In this document: positions 62,688 to 64,000 of the stretch, one piece after another | How positions within the stretch are numbered: the first letter of the stretch is position 1 | How the letters are laid out: each line of letters opens with the position of its first letter | Origin: an uncultured Clostridia bacterium | GTDB taxonomy: Bacteria; Bacillota; Clostridia; Oscillospirales; CAG-272 | DNA: 64,000 bases | Assembly (NCBI GenBank): GCA_944391815.1 | Contig: CALXUV010000028.1 | Location: 44,240 to 108,239 of the forward strand | Reading direction: 5' to 3' | Made by a program: the position numbers and the translations under genes | Notes under the pieces: generated by a model | Databases searched by the model: none | What the model was told of the DNA's origin: nothing | The model's input: only the letters and a program-made list of their open reading frames with translations

Positions 62688-63791
62688 ATGAAAAAAATGA
62701 TTATCAATGAAAATCAGAAGGGTTTTCTCTTCAAAAACGGAAAGTATATCAAATTGCTCGACGCGGGCAAATATCACCTGTTTGGAGGCAGGGATATTGA
62801 GATTTCCAATCTGGAACAGCCTATCGTGTGCAGCAAGTGCTCTCTTGAAACCTTGCTTGCAGACAAAGCAGTTGTCGATCAAGTTGCAGTCGTTGAAGTA
62901 GGCGACGAGGAGCTTGCTCTCCACTATGTAAACGGTAAGTTTTCAGATGTTCTTCCTCAAGGAAAATACGCTTTCTGGTCTACTTTGTACCAGCACGAAT
63001 TTAAAATCGTGGACATTTCAACTCCCACAGTTGACGAATCCATTCCCGAGTACATTTTCTCCAAGATTTCTCAGCTTTACTACATCAAAATCGAGGTTGC
63101 AGAATATCAGAAAGCAAGACTCTATTTTGGTCAAAAGCTTGAGCGGATTTTGGATGCGGGCACCTACTATTTCTGGAAAACATCTACGAAGGTAGACGTA
63201 AGCTTTGTTGACACCCGTTTGACACAAATGGATATCACGGGTCAGGAGATCCTTACAGCGGATAAGGTTTCTCTTCGTATAAACTTTGTCTGCAACTACC
63301 GTGTGACCGACTATGTCAAGATTCTGACTGAGATCGACGATTTCGCAGAGCAAATGCACGTGGCGGCACAGCTTGCCCTGCGCGAATATGTCGGTAAATA
63401 CAAGTTAGATGAAATCCTTGAAAACAAGGCACAAATGTCCGAGTTTATATTCGCCAAGCTGAAGTCAAAAGAAAAGGAGCTGTTCGTAGAAATCACTGAT
63501 GCCGGCGTCAAGGATATCATCCTGCCCGGCGAAATCCGCGAGATAATGAATACCGTTCTTGTCGCAGAAAAGCGTGCACAGGCAAACGTTATTACCCGTC
63601 GTGAAGAGGTTGCATCCACACGCTCCTTGCTGAATACAGCAAAGCTGATGGATGAAAACCAAACCCTTTACACGCTCAAAGAGCTGGAATACGTTGAGCG
63701 CATTTGCGAGAACGTAGGCAACATCTCCTTGAACGGTAACGGCAACATTCTGGGTCAGCTAACAACAATCTTAAACGGTAACAACGCCTAA
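62688..63791 (+). CDS. SPFH/band-7 (stomatin/HflC-like) protein without TM segment, N-terminal triple (L)DAGxYxFW repeat
   Basis: Band-7 core DITGQEILTADKVSLRINFVCNYRV ... ILPGEIREIMNTVLVAEKRAQANVI. Confidence 0.8.
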   Translation: MKKMIINENQKGFLFKNGKYIKLLDAGKYHLFGGRDIEISNLEQPIVCSKCSLETLLADKAVVDQVAVVEVGDEELALHYVNGKFSDVLPQGKYAFWSTLYQHEFKIVDISTPTVDESIPEYIFSKISQLYYIKIEVAEYQKARLYFGQKLERILDAGTYYFWKTSTKVDVSFVDTRLTQMDITGQEILTADKVSLRINFVCNYRVTDYVKILTEIDDFAEQMHVAAQLALREYVGKYKLDEILENKAQMSEFIFAKLKSKEKELFVEITDAGVKDIILPGEIREIMNTVLVAEKRAQANVITRREEVASTRSLLNTAKLMDENQTLYTLKELEYVERICENVGNISLNGNGNILGQLTTILNGNNA

Positions 63792-63799
63792 GTCCTTCA

Positions 63800-63849
63800 T
63801 GCGGTCGGGCGCGTTGTAACCATATAACTACAATTTATGCCCGACCGCA
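63800..63849. promoter_or_regulatory. 11-bp perfect inverted repeat with nested 5-bp IR, 20 nt upstream of rtcB RBS
   Basis: tgcggtcgggc ...28 nt... gcccgaccgca; no T-run. Confidence 0.4.
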
Positions 63850-63869
63850 CACCATGAAAGGAGAAAGAC

Positions 63870-64000
63870 ATGATAGAGATTATAGGAACTTTTAACACCG
63901 CAAAGTGCTTCGCCTCGACCCTTGAGGACGGTGCGCGTGAGCAGATCAAGGCGGTATGCGATACCGAGGCGTTCGCGTCCTCGAAGATAAGAATTATGCC
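63870..64000 (+). CDS. rtcB: RtcB-family RNA 3'-phosphate ligase, N-terminal 43 codons (runs off window)
   Basis: MIEIIGTFNTAKCFASTLEDGAREQIKAVCDTEAFASSKIRIMP matches the Firmicutes RtcB start ending in the IRIMPD(x)H metal motif. Confidence 0.7.
   Translation, partial: MIEIIGTFNTAKCFASTLEDGAREQIKAVCDTEAFASSKIRIM

Noticed and set aside
1-64000. CRISPR arrays, rRNA, intact tRNA genes, IS elements with transposase
   Set aside because: No regularly spaced 25-40-bp direct repeats with unique spacers; the only repeat arrays have 7-nt conserved cores or two copies. No transposase-like ORF. The only tRNA-like sequence lacks a 5' half.

Overview
Low-GC (about 38-40% GC) Firmicutes/Clostridia-like chromosomal segment. 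The class call rests on two T-box leaders, a spoVB-like flippase with a DUF4830 partner, and AGGAGG-type ribosome-binding sites. All calls below were made by eye on the raw sequence and ORF track; no searches were run. Coordinates of small motifs are approximate (+/-3 nt).

Positions 1-39,300 are mostly housekeeping genes: thrS behind a T-box; pheS-pheT behind a T-box; ppdK; DUF4830 plus spoVB-like; a nucleoside hydrolase with a xerD-family recombinase; a large fused ABC ATPase/FtsX-type permease; serC-serA; a WYL regulator convergent with an AraC regulator and a GH4 glycosidase; and pfk, ppx and ppk.

From about 39,300 to the window end the DNA is AT-rich, patchy and partly decayed. It carries:
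- a frameshifted cation/proton antiporter
- a three-gene membrane/coiled-coil cluster with an adjacent XRE regulator
- a GNAT gene interrupted by an in-frame TAA
- a 2.2 kb stretch with no credible ORFs
- a membrane-anchored HIRAN-domain protein
- a compositionally foreign, GC-richer zinc alcohol dehydrogenase
- two giant secreted proteins carrying carbohydrate-esterase domains (1607 aa with three ~330 aa beta-helix-like repeats and a sialate-O-acetylesterase-like domain; 1047 aa with BspA-type leucine-rich repeats and a CE4 deacetylase-like domain)
- the most interesting locus: two translationally coupled WYL-domain genes, then a terminator, then a GC-rich structured RNA candidate containing the 3' half of a tRNA-Glu-like sequence (anticodon arm, T arm with a TTCAAAT loop, acceptor 3' strand) and a UUCG hairpin, then a Cys-rich membrane-anchored protein, a TM-less SPFH/band-7 protein, an 11-bp perfect inverted repeat, and rtcB (RNA ligase) running off the window end.

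I propose this last locus as a WYL-regulated RNA-repair/stress module, analogous to the RtcR(CARF)-rtcBA and rsr-Y-RNA-rtcBA operons of proteobacteria; this is a hypothesis, not a demonstrated function.

Other unexplained structure:
- an array of about 37-bp periodic (A/T)NCTGAA repeats in the 380-nt leader of the first WYL regulator
- a promoter/terminator pair that would give a ~60-nt transcript after ppdK
- perfect tandem duplications at 39568-39616 and 48478-48507

No CRISPR array, rRNA or intact tRNA gene was seen.
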